Source: Malacoraja senta
Lineage: Eukaryota
Assembly: GCA_038087875.1 (NCBI GenBank)
Contig: JAXLNO010006061.1
Coordinates: forward strand, 124,001 to 182,940
DNA length: 58,940 bases
Reading direction: 5' to 3'
Within the stretch, counting starts at the first letter, position 1. Every line of letters starts with the position of its first letter. The position numbers and the translations under genes were made by a program. The notes under the pieces were generated by a model that was not told the origin of the DNA, searched no databases, and worked only from the letters and a program-made list of their open reading frames with translations. Shown piece after piece: positions 12,225 to 23,715 of this stretch.

Positions 12225-12715
12225 AGTTCTGGTTGCATCGTGGCCTGGTTCGGCAACTTGAACGTCCAGGAGCGAAAAAGACTACAAAAGTTGTGACTAC
12301 TGCCCAGTTCATCGCCGGCTTTGACCGTCGAAGGGATCTATCGTAGTCGCTGCCTCAAAAAGGCAGCCAAAATCATCAAAGACCCACACCATCCTGGCCA
12401 CACACTCATCTCACCATTGCCATCAGGAAGCAGTTACAGGAGCCTGAAAACTGTAACGTCCAGGTACAGGAACAGCTACTTCCCTGCAGCCATCAGGCTA
12501 TTAAACACAACGAATAAGCTCTGAGCTCTGAACTGCAAAAGATTATATTATTATTTGTTATTTGCACTATTTGTTATTTATTGATCTTTTTCTATTTTTC
12601 TCTTCCCCCGTTATGTACTATGTTTACATATTCACATATTCTGTTGTGCTGCAGCAAGCATGAAATGCATTGTCCTGTCTGGGGCATATGACAATAAAAC
12701 ACTCTTCACTCTTCT
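12225..12715 (+). mobile_element. Rex1/Babar-like LINE 3' end
   Basis: ORF 12321-12524 IIKDPHHPGHTLISPLPSGSSYRSLK; tgacaataaaacactctt tail. Confidence 0.85.
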
Positions 12716-12849
12716 TGACCCTAGTCTAGGCCTCTTGGTTATCACTCACTCACACACTGCAACACCTGTCCTTCAGTGCTAAACTTGCCTGGCCCTATTT
12801 TGTGACAGGGTAAAAGATGTGTTCATTAAAGTGAATCCCAGCACCGTAC

Positions 12850-13167
12850 CTTGAAAGCTTTTCACTTCCCGACTGATACTGGTGTTCGAGGGGGGATGAG
12901 ACACTGTACAGCCGAAGACTGAGCCTTTCTTCCAATCCTCTGAACTCACAGTCAGGAAGTGGCAAGCACTGAAAGTCCCCCCCTGCTCCAGAGCAGTCGG
13001 TGTAGCGTTGGTGGTGGAGGAGATCGGGGCTCCGTCTTTCTCCCAAGTGACGTTTATGAGGTCCGGGTAGAAACCAGAGAGCACACATTCGAGGGTGGCT
13101 GTATGGCTACGCGTGGTCTCTTGATGAGCTGGAGGCAGCAGGCTGACCTTGAGTCTTTTTGTTTCAA
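12850..13167 (-). CDS. IgW: IgW heavy-chain constant (C1-set) exon, probably CH4; inverted orphan copy
   Basis: 318 nt, phase 1-1, AG acceptor 13168-13169 and GT donor 12848-12849; VETKRLKVSLLPP..ATLEC..GFYP..VTWEKDG..PTALEQGGTFS..EDWKKGSVFGCTVSHPPS; PTALEQ-TFS motif resembles IgNAR C3, homologue of IgW CH4 (recalled, not searched). Confidence 0.85.
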
Positions 13168-13208
13168 CTGGAACAGAGGAGCAAAGTAGATGTGAGACCC
13201 TCTTCCTC

Positions 13209-13490
13209 AAGGGCCTGTCCCACTTACGCAACTTTTTCAGCGACTGCCAGCACCCGTCATTGGTCGTTACAGGTGGCCGAAAATGTTCAACATGTTGAAA
13301 ATCCAGAACAAGGTACGACTCTTTTGGCAACTACTCACGACCATACAGGCTTCACCCCGCGACATGTCGCCAGTATGGTCATGAGTAGTCTCCTCAGTCT
13401 CCCAAAGAGTCGTAGAGTCTTCTGGTCACCGTTGGATTTTCAACATGTTGAAAATTTTACCCGACTATGACGGGTGCCGGTAGTTGCAGA
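13209..13490. mobile_element. PIF/Harbinger-like MITE ~40 bp from the C-exon acceptor
   Basis: Terminus aagggcctgtcccactt and internal inverted repeats (ttttcaacatgttgaaaa). Confidence 0.6.
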
Positions 13491-15269
13491 AAAAAATTTC
13501 GGAGCTCCCGCAACGGCAACTTCTCCCGCCCGAGTTGCGGGGACTTGCTAGCGCCCGCCAAGGGCTCCAACATCAAGACCCGGAGCGCGGCCTTGCATCG
13601 CCCGGCGCGGCTTTAATGGCCGCGGGACTTACCATCGCCCGCTGGGGGCTTTGACTTTGACATCGGGAGGAGAATGAGGAGAGCAGGGGAGAGACAAGAC
13701 TTTGCCTTCCATCACAGTGAGGAGGAGATTCACTGTGATGGATGTTTGTGTGTAAATTGTGTTGTGTCTTGGTTCTTTGTACTTGTTTGCATGACTGCAG
13801 AAACCAAATTTCGTTTGAACTTAGGTTCAAATGACAACAAATAAATTGTATCATTGTATCAAAATTGCGGAATTGGGACAGGCTCTTTATGGAAAGCCAG
13901 GGTAGAAATCCAAACAGGTGTCTTATAAAAGAACTTTAAGATGTTTATGTCATCACATAAAAGACTGATCAATGGCAGATCAAACTATACACTGGCTAGA
14001 TTTATTGCAAAAGACTGACCAATGGCAGATCAAACTATGCACTGGCTAGATTATTGAAAACAGAATAGCAGAAAAACTCGTGTTAAATAGCAGGTTGGGT
14101 GCTTTGACTGAAAAAACCCCAGAACAAAGGAGCCGTCAACTGGGATTTGACTCTCTTTCCCATCACCATGATCAGCTGGTACATTACAGGGGCACAATTT
14201 GATATGTGCTTTGCTTGGAACCCCTGCAGCATCGATTAGTTATACTGAGCAACATGAATGAGAAACGCTACTTTTCTCCTTGTAGGCCAAGCCTGGGATT
14301 CCCTCGGTTTAAGAATGTCACATGCTGTTATCGCAGTCTTACTCTGACCATGTGTCTCACCATCTCTGAAACCTTTACCACAAACACAACCTTCTGTAAA
14401 GGTGTCATTCTTCCAACTCTGGGCACATAAGCCTGCACTCCTTTCACCTTTGTACCACTTGCTGTCTCACGTTGCAGTGTTGCTCACAAGCACCAAAGCA
14501 GACTCAGCAGATTCATCCCCCGCATCGACATGAGCTCAAAATTCCAACCCATGATCTGGGAATTTCAATTTGATTAATAAATGCATTCTGACGTAAAATG
14601 CTTCCGTTGGTGGTGACGCATGTCGATAGTTCACTGCTGCACTTCATGGAAGGGAATGTGTCATCATATCTGTTCTGGCCAGTACGCAACTACAGACCTG
14701 TAGCAAAATGGCTACAGACTAGTGTCAGTTTGGTGTGACTGTGCTCCAGTGAAGACTTTGAGGCGTTTCAGTAATTGATAGAAACTATCTGAAATAAATT
14801 AGTGGCTGACTCTCCAGCGTCAGCAGAGCAAATCATAAATGGTTAGAAGTATCAAGGTCCCCCTCCTGCTGCAGATTGGGATGAAATTCTGCATTAGATG
14901 TATTTTCCCGTTTCACTTCAGAATCATTGGGGGAGGAAGAGAATGATTCATTCATTCATTGTCGCTGACTGACCTGCACTGCCACTTGTCCTCTGAAGCA
15001 GCATCATGAGTCTAGTTCCACTCAGCTCACTCTCGTGTGTGCACTGTTTACACACTCAGTCACTTGAGCCACATGAGCTGATTTTGCTTTCAAACACTTA
15101 TTGTGGAGGGTGATAACGTTTGTGTCAGAATTGAAACTATCAGAGCCCGGAGATCAAAGTCTTCAACTGCGTAGGAAGCAGTCATAATATTCTCACCACT
15201 ATATTACAATTATCTTTGGTGCTGGATTTGATGGGAGAGGAGAGAGAGAAGCAGGGAGGAGAGGGGAGC

Positions 15270-15840
15270 CCCTTTACATTGGGGACCTGGGATGGAGAGT
15301 GTGGTGGCGTGTAATGAACTTTTGAGTCAGATCACGGGCTCGTCGGCCGCCTGTATTTTCTGTGGTGAGGAGGAAACCGTATTCCACGCGTATATGGAGT
15401 GTGAGAGGTTACTGGCCCTGCACCAATATCTGAAGGGGTTGTTCCTCAAGTTCTGGTTGCATTTTAGTCCCATGATTCTAGTGTTTGGACACAAGGCAGG
15501 GAGTGAGGAGAGCCGATCGGGGGGTGGGACCTCCCTGTCGGTTTGCTCCTGGGCCTGGCCAAGATGGCGATTCATGGGTCCAGGCAATGGGCATGCTAGA
15601 GTCGGCTGTCTACCCCTCTTCCGGGCCTACATACGTGCTCGAGGGTCCCTGGAGAGGGAACACGTGGTGTCCTTGGGGACTTTGGATGCCTTCCGTGGGC
15701 GCTGGTCACCACATGGGGTTGAGAGTATCGTAAATAATGAATGCATCATTGTACTATAATGATTATTTGATACATTGTAACTTCTGATTGTGTTTTTGAT
15801 GTATCATGTGTTTGTGCTTAATAACGTTTTTGAAAAGGAA
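15270..15840 (+). mobile_element. L1-Tx1 3' fragment
   Basis: ACIFCGEEETVFHAYMECERL (zf-RVT-like) in ORF 15292-15759, followed by 3' UTR. Confidence 0.75.
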
Positions 15841-17130
15841 AGAAAAAGAGGAGAGAAGAGGCGAGGAATGGAGGGGAGGGAAGAGGGGAGTGAAGGGGAG
15901 GGAGAGGAGAGGGGAAGGGTGAAGAGAGGGGAGAGGAGGGGAGAGCAGAGGAGACAATCTCTCACCTAGTCCATATTGCAATTATTTTTGGTGCTGGTTT
16001 TGAGGGGAGAGAGAGGGGATGAGAGATAAGGGGAGAAGGGGTGCAGAGGAGCGGGTAGGAGGAGAGAGGAGAGGGGAGGGGAGAGAAGAGCAGAGGGGAG
16101 GGGAGGGGCAAGAGGAGAGGTGAGGAGGGGGGAGAGGGGGAGAAAGGAGAGGAGAGAGGGAGGTCCCCAAGGTGAGGAGAGGGGAGAGGGGGAGAAAGGA
16201 GAGGAGAGAGGGAGGTAGCAGAGAGCAGGGGAGGAGAGGGGAAGAAAAGAGAGGAGATGTGGGGACGAGGGGAGAGGGGAGGGCAGGAGAGGAGAGAGAG
16301 GGAAGAGGAGAGTAGAGAACAATCTCTCACCACTATATTATCTTTGGTGCTGGATTTGAAGGGAGGGGGAGAGAGAAGCAGAGAGGGGAGAAGGGGTGTG
16401 TGGAGGAGTGAAGAGGGCAGAGGAGGGGAGGGGAGAGAGAAGAGGAAAGTAAAGAAGAGGAGAAATAAGGATGGGGAGGGGAGGAGAGTTGAGAGGAGGG
16501 GGTGAAGAGTAGGGGAGGGGATAGAAGAGTGGAAAGTATAGGAGTGGAGGGGGGTGGGGTGAGAGGAGAGAAGGGAGGTGAGGGAGGCAGAGTAGGGGAG
16601 AGGAGAGAGGAGGAGAAGGGGGGAGAGGGGAGAAGAGAAAGGAGGAGAGTAGAAGGTAGGAGGGAGAGGAGAGAAGAGGGAGGAGAGAAGATGGGGGGGG
16701 AGGGGGAGGAGAGGGTAGAAGAGAGGACAGGGTAGAGGAGAGGGTAGAGGAGAGGAGAGAATGGCAGGAGAGGGGGAGAGAGGCGACAGGGAGAGGGAGT
16801 GTAGGGGTAGAGGAGAGGAGAGTAGGGGAGAATGTAGGCGAGGAGGGGAGAATGGAGGGGAGGAGGGTAGTGGAGGTGAGAGGAGAGTGAAGAGGGGAGA
16901 TGTGAGGAGTGGAGGAGGGGAGAAGAGAGGTGGTGTGGAGAGGAGAGGAGGGGATGATGGAAGGAGAGAGGAGGGGAGATGGGAGGGAAGAGGAGAGTGG
17001 ATGAGGGGAGTTTAGAAGAGACGAGAGGGGAGGGGAGGAGAGGATGTGTGGAGAGGTGAAGGGAGGATGGGAAAGAGGAGAGGTATGTAAAGGAGAGGAG
17101 AAGTAAGGATGGAGAGGGGAGGAGAGGCCG
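15841..17130. repeat. ~1.3-kb polypurine (GA-rich) tract punctuated by a ~40-bp motif
   Basis: Almost pure G/A; motif tctcac...ttatcttttggtgctgg(a/t)tttga-like at 15191, 15958 and 16323. Confidence 0.85.
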
Positions 17131-18780
17131 ATAAATCCCCAGGGCCAGATAGGCTGTATCCCAGAGTACTTAAGGAAGTAGCCCCAGAAATAGTGGATGC
17201 ATTAGTGATAATTTTTCAAAACTCTTTAGATTCTGGAGTAGTTCCTGAGGATTGGAGGGTAGCTAATGTAACCCCACTTTTTAAAAAGGGAGGGAGAGAG
17301 AAAACGGGGAATTACAGACCAGTTAGTGGGGAAACTGCTAGACAGTTATTAAAGATGGGATAGCAGCACATTTGAAAAGTGGTGAAATCATTGGACAAAG
17401 TCAGCATGGATTTATGAAAGGTAAATCATGTCTGACGAATCTTATAGAATTTTTCGAGGATGCAACTAGTAGAGTGGATCAGGGAGAACCAGTGGATGTG
17501 TTATATCTGGACTTTCAGAAGGCTTTCGACAAGGTTCCACATAAGAGATTAGTATGCTAACTTAAAGCACACGGTATTGGGTGTTCAGTATTGATGTGGA
17601 TAGAGAACTGGCTGGCAGACAGGAAGCAAAGAGTAGGAGGAAACGGGTCCTTTTCAGAATGGCAGGCAGTGACTAGTGAGGTACACAAAAATGCTGGAGA
17701 AACTCAGCGGGTGCAGCAGCATCTATGGAGCGATGGAAATAGGTAACGTTTCGGGCCGAAACCCTTCTTCAGTGACTAGTGAGGTGCTGTGTGCTGGGAC
17801 CCCAAACATTTACAATATATATTAATGAACTGGATGAGGGAATTGAATGCAACATCTCCAAGTTTGCGGATGACACGAAGCTGGGGGGCAGTGTTAGCTG
17901 TGAGGAGGATGCTGGGAGGCTGAAAGGTGAATTGGATAGGTTGGGTGAGTGGGCAAATGCATGGCAGATGCAGTATAATGTGGATAAATGTGAGGTTATC
18001 CACTTTGGTGGCCAAAACAGGAAAGTAGACTATTATCTGAATGGTGGCCGATTAGGAAAAGGGGAGATGCAACGAGACCTGGGTGTCATGGTACACCAGT
18101 CATTGAAAGTAGGCATGCAGGTGCAGCAGGCAGTGAAGAAAGCAAATGGTATGTTAGCATTCATAGCAAAATAATTTGAGTATAAGAGCAGGGAGGTTCT
18201 ACTGCAGTTGTACAGGGTCTTGGTGAGACCACACCTGGAGTATTGCGTACAGTTTTGGTCGCCTAATCTGAGGAAAGACATTCTTGCCAAAGAGGGAGTA
18301 CAGAGAAGGTTCACCAGCCTGATTCCTTGGATGGCAGGACTTTGATATGAAGAAAGACTGGATAGACTCGGCTTGTACTCGCTAGAATTTAGAAGATTGA
18401 GGGGGGATCTTATAGAAACTTACAAAATTCTTAAGGGGTTGGACAGGCTAGATGCAGGAAGATTGTTCCCGATGTTGGGGAAGTCCAGAACAACGGGTCA
18501 CAGTTTAAGGATAAGGGGGAAGTCTTTTGTGACCGAGATGAGAAAACATTTTTCACACAGAGTGGTGAATCTGTGGAATTCTCTGCCACAGAAGGTAGTT
18601 GAGGCCAGTTCATAGGCTATATTTAAGAGGGAGTTAGATGTGGCCCTTGTGGCTAAAGGGATCAGGGGGTATGGAGAGAAGGCAGGTACAGGATACTGAG
18701 TTGGATACTGAGCCATGATAATATTGAATGGCGGTGCAGGCTCGAAGGGCCGAATGGCCTACTCCTGCACCTATTTTCTA
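17131..18780 (+). mobile_element. CR1 LINE 3' half, degenerate
   Basis: [46 protein letters not shown]; CR1 UTR tail at 18775. Confidence 0.9.
17683..17772 (-). mobile_element. Penelope-type hammerhead repeat inserted in CR1 with target-site duplication
   Basis: cagtgactagtgaggt at 17667-17682 and 17770-17785; core CTGAAGAa-gggt-ttcg-gccc-GAAAcgTT. Confidence 0.75.
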
Positions 18781-18789
18781 TGTTTCTCT

Positions 18790-20225
18790 GTAACTTAGTT
18801 GCTGAAACCCAGGCAACATTCTAGTAAATCTCCTCTATACTCTCTCTATTTTGTTGACATCTTTCCTATAATTTGGCGAACAAAATTGTACACCATACTC
18901 CAGAATTGGCCTCACCAATGCCTTGTACAATTTTAACATTACATCCCAACTTCTATACTCAATGCTCTGATTTATAAAGGTCAGCACACCAAAAGCTTTC
19001 TTTACCACCCTATCTATATGAGATTCCACCTTCAGGGAACTATGCACAGTTATTCCTAGATCCCTATGTTCAACTACATTCCTCAATACGCTACCTTTTA
19101 CCATGTAATTCGCTACCATTTACCATGTAATTCGCTTCCATTTACCATGTGTATATATATACACACATATATATATATCCACATATATATATCCACTTCA
19201 CAGTTCACACTGCCACCCAGTTTTGTGTCATCCGCAAACTCGCTAGTGTTGCTCCTAATTCCCTCTTCCAAATCATTAATATATATGGTAAACAGTTGCG
19301 GCCCCAACACCGAGCCTTGCGGCACTCCACTCGCCACTGCCTGCTAATCTGAAAAGGACCCGTTCACTCCTACTCTTTGCGTCCGGTCTGCCAACTAATT
19401 TTCTATCCATGTCAACACCCTACCCCCAACACCATGTTCTCTAATTTGAGTCACCAGTCTCTCGTGCGGGACCTTATTAAAGGCTTTCTGAAAGTCTAGA
19501 TACACTACATCCACTGGCACCCCTTCATCCATTTTACTTGTCACATCCTCAAAAAACTCCAGAAGATTAGTCAAGCATGATTTACCTTTCATAAATCCTT
19601 GTTGACTTGGACTAATCCTTTTACTGCTATCCAAATGTCACCACCGAAGTCAGGCTAATTGGTCTGTAATTCCCCGTTTTCTCTCTCACTCCTTTCTTGA
19701 AAAGTGGGATAACATTAGCTATCCTCCAATCCACAGCAACTGATCCTGAATCTATTAAACATTGGAAAATGATCACCAATGCATCCACTATTTCTAGAGC
19801 CACCTCCCTGAGGACCCTGGGATGCAGACCATCAGGCCCAGGGGATTTATCATCCTTCAGTCCCATTAGCCTACCCAATACTATTTCTCGCCTAATGAAA
19901 ATTTCTTTCAGTTCCTCTACCCCCTTAGATTCTCTGTCCTTCAGTACATCTGGGAGATTGTTTGTCTCTTCCTTAGTGAAGACAGATCCGAAGTACCTAT
20001 TCAACTCTTCTGCCATTTCCTTGTTGCCCATAATAATTTCACCTGTGTCTGCCTTCAAGGGACCCACATTTGACTTTGCAACTCTTTTTCCCTTAACATA
20101 TTTAAAGAAGCTTTTACTGTCCTTCTTTACATTCCTGGCCAGCTTCCCTTCGTACTTCATCTTTTCAGCCCGTATTGCCCGTTTTGTTTCCTTCTGTTGT
20201 CCTATGAAAGTTTCCCAATCCTCTG
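18790..20225 (-). mobile_element. CR1 fragments of two subfamilies, joined at a (TA)n tract
   Basis: ORFs 18835-19119, 19113-19337, 19395-19634, 19627-20250. Confidence 0.85.
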
Positions 20226-20873
20226 GCATCTGCTCCAGAAAAGCAGACATGGGCGGTGCCCGTCCATCAGGGCTAACATCTTCGCCATGATGGTGGATGG
20301 CCGCCGGTCGCCGACACTGTCCATGTGCAGCAGCTTCGCTGCCCTGTCTCTGTGGCTGAGACCATAAGCATGGAGCAGCAGGGCCGTCAGCCTTTCGTAT
20401 TTGGCGATGGACGGCGGGTCCCTGATGTAGGGCAACAACCTCGAGGCACAGTCCTGCGGCAAAGCCCCCACCACATGGAAATACATTGTGTCGTCCGCTA
20501 CGATGCGATGGAGGTGAAACTGTCCCTCAACGTGGGCGAACCACACCTGAGGTTGGTCAGGCCAAAACGCTGGCAATTTGAAAGACGGTGAGCCCTGATT
20601 CTGCGGGAACGTTGTCTTCCTGCATAATTCTCTTGTCTAACGACGGGTAGACAGGTCGGGGTTACCAATTTGGACGTTACAAGAACGACAACTGAACAAA
20701 ATTAACTTTTCAGTAAACAGGTTCTCTGGACATGTCTGGCCACATCGGTGGTCAGTGCTGAACTAGCGTGCGTGAGCAAAACCGCGCGAAAACAAGCAGC
20801 CCCTCCCGAGTCACGTGACCGCGGCTTCCGAACGCCGGGTTCGATACCTGTGTGCGCCAGTAGGCGCCACTAT
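20226..20873 (-). mobile_element. Ty3/Gypsy 5' LTR (~20671-20873), PBS and gag N-terminus, truncated
   Basis: LPAFWPDQPQVWFAHVEGQF...GDRRPS gag motif; LTR ends CA followed by TGGTAACCCCGAC PBS-like sequence. Confidence 0.75.
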
Positions 20874-23580
20874 AATGTATTCTTTCCAACATCTGACGGG
20901 ATTATAACCATATAACCATTACAGCACGGAAACAGGCCATCTCGGCCCTTCAAGTCCGTGCCGAACATTTTTTTTTCCTTCTGTCTTCCCCCTAGTCCCA
21001 TCTACAGTACCTGCACTCAGACCATAACCCTCCATTCCTTTCCCGTCCATATACCCATCCAATCTATTTTTAAAGGATAACATCGAACCTGCTCATAATT
21101 TTAAAGACCTCTATTAAGTCCACTCTTAACCTTCTGCGCTCCAAAGAATAAAGACCTAACTTGTTCAACCTTTCTCTGTAACTTAGTTGCTGAAACCCAG
21201 GCAGCATTCTAGTAAATCTCCTCTGTACTCTCTCTATTTTGTTGACATCCTTCCTATAATTAGGCGACCAAAATTGTACTCCATACTCCAGAATTGGCCT
21301 CACCAATGCCTTGTACAATTTTAACATTACATCCCAACTTCTATATTCAATGCTCTGATTTATAAAGGCCAGCACACCAAAAGCTTTCTTTACCACCCTA
21401 TCTACATGAGATTCCACCTTCAGGGAACTATGCACAGTTATTCCAAGATCCCTCTGTTCAACTGCATTCCTCAATTCGCTACCACTTACCGTGTACGTCC
21501 TATTTTGATTTGTCCTGCCGAGATGTAGCACCTCACATTTGTCAGCATTAAACTCCATCTGCCATCTTTCAGCCCACTCTTCCAAATGGCCTAAATCTCT
21601 CTGTAGACTTTGAAAATCTACTTCATTATCCACAACACCACCTATCTTAGTATCATCTGCATACTTACTAATCCAATTTTCCACACCATCATCCAGATCA
21701 TTGATGTACATGACAAACAACAGTGGACCCAACACAGATCCCTGTGGCACCCCACTAGTCACTGGCCTCCAACCTGACAAACAACCATCCACCATTACTC
21801 TCTGGCATCTCCCATTCAGCCACTGTTGAATCCATCTTGCTACTCCACCATTAATACCCAACAATTGAATCTTCTTAACCAACCTTCCATGAGGAACCTT
21901 GTCAAAGGCCTTACTGAAGTCCATATAGACAACATCCACTGCTTTACCCTCATCAATTTCCCTAGTAACCTCTTCGAAAAATTCAAGTAGATTAGTCAAG
22001 CATGACCTTCCAGGCACAAATCCATGTTGACTGTTCCTAATCAGACCCTGCTTATCCAGATGCTTATATATATTATCTTTAAGTATCCTTTCCATTAATT
22101 TGCCCACCACTGACGTCAAACTAACAGGTCTATAATTGCTAGGTTTACTCTTCGAACCCTTTTTAAACAACGGAACAACATGCGCAGTACGCCAATCCTC
22201 CGGCACTATTCCCGTTTCTAATGACATTTGAAATATTTCTGTCATAGCCCCTGCTATTTCTACACTAACTTCCCTCAATGTCCTAGGGAATATCCTGTCA
22301 GGACCTGGAGACTTATCCGTTTTCATATTTTTCAAAAGTGTCCGCACCTCCTCTTCTTTGAATCTCACAGTTTCCATTGCTACTCTGCTTGTTTCCCTTA
22401 CCTCACATAATTCCATATCCTTCTCCTTGGTGAATACCGAAGAAAAGAAATTGTTCAATATCTCCCCCATCTCTTTTGGCTCTGCAGATAGCTGTCCACT
22501 CTGACTCTCTAATGGACCAATTTTATTCCTTGTTATCCTTTTGCTATTAATATAGCTGTAGAAACCCTTTGGATTTACTTTCACCTTACTTGCCAAAGCA
22601 ACCTCATATCTTCTTTTAGCTTTTCTAATTTCTTTCTTAATATTCTTTTTACATTCTTTATACTCCTCAAGCACCTCATTTACTCCATGCTGCCTATAAT
22701 TATTGTAGATCTCTCTCTTTTTCCGAACCAAGTGTCCAATTTCCCTTGAAAACCATGGCTCTTTCCATTTTTTACTATTTCCTTTCAACCGAACAGGGAC
22801 ATAAAGATTCTGTACTCTTAAAATTTCACCCTTAAATGTCCTCCATTTTTCTTCTACATCCTTCCCATAAAACAACATGTCCCAATTCACTCCTTTTAAA
22901 TCCTTTCGCATCTCCTCAAAGTTAGCCTTTCTCCAAAAAAAAATCTCAACCCTAGGTCCAGTTCTGACCCTCTCCATAATTAGATTGAAACTAATGGCAT
23001 TGTGATCACTGGACCCGAAGTGCTCCCCGACGCATACCTCCGCCACCTGCCCTGTCTCATTTCCTAACAGGAGGTCCAGCACTGCCCCTTCTCTAGTAGG
23101 TACCTCTATGTATTGCTGCAAAAAACTATCTTGCACACATTTTACAAACTCCAAACCATCCAGCCCTTTTACAGAATGTGTTTCCCAGTCTATGTGTGGA
23201 AAATTGAAATCTCCCACAATCACTACCTTGTGCTTACTACTAATATCTGCTATCTCCTTACATATTTGCTCTTCCAATTCTCGCTCCCCATTTGGCGGTC
23301 TATAATACACCCCTATAAGTGTTGCTACCCCTTTCCCATTTCTCAGTTCCACCCAAATAGCCTCCCTTTTTTTTTTTAATTTATTTTTTTAAATATTTTT
23401 TATTATTGGAGATAAGTACACAACCTATTTATATCATTACAGTCTAACATTTTTAAATTGATAATATTGTCAATTATTATTACATTGTCTCCAATACCTT
23501 TTGCCTTTTTTTTTTTTTTAAACTAGATAGAACTAAAGAGATAGATGAAGTAAAGAAAGAAAAGAAAGAGAAGAAGAATT

Positions 23581-23612
<32 letters not shown>

Positions 23613-23715
23613 TAGTTAAAGAAGAATGGAAAAATTTATTAAAATAAAAAACTTCATTCGAGATATATTCGTACATTTCAGAGTATAGCATTTCATCCAT
23701 TCTTTAGCCCGAGTG

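Larger units (their letters stand above)
10773..15187 (-). repeat. Left arm of inverted segmental duplication (partner 54395-58940)
   Basis: Colinear reverse-complement match through unique DNA, nested repeats and the C exon; outer end cannot be defined because the partner runs off the window. Confidence 0.95.

Noticed and set aside
13713-13737. Back-to-back RSS-like heptamers CACAGTG...CACTGTG (mirror at ~55.9 kb; similar at 5587-5605)
   Set aside because: No nonamer at 12- or 23-nt spacing in either direction; the hairpin is part of a recurrent interspersed repeat.
15763-17015. Pro/Ser/Leu- and Gly/Glu/Arg-rich ORFs (also at 0.3-1.4 kb and 8.7-9.5 kb)
   Set aside because: Translations of polypurine/polypyrimidine simple repeats.
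19089-19148. Triplicated 22-mer aattcgctaccatttaccatgt
   Set aside because: Simple slippage at a CR1-CR1 junction beside a (TA)n tract.
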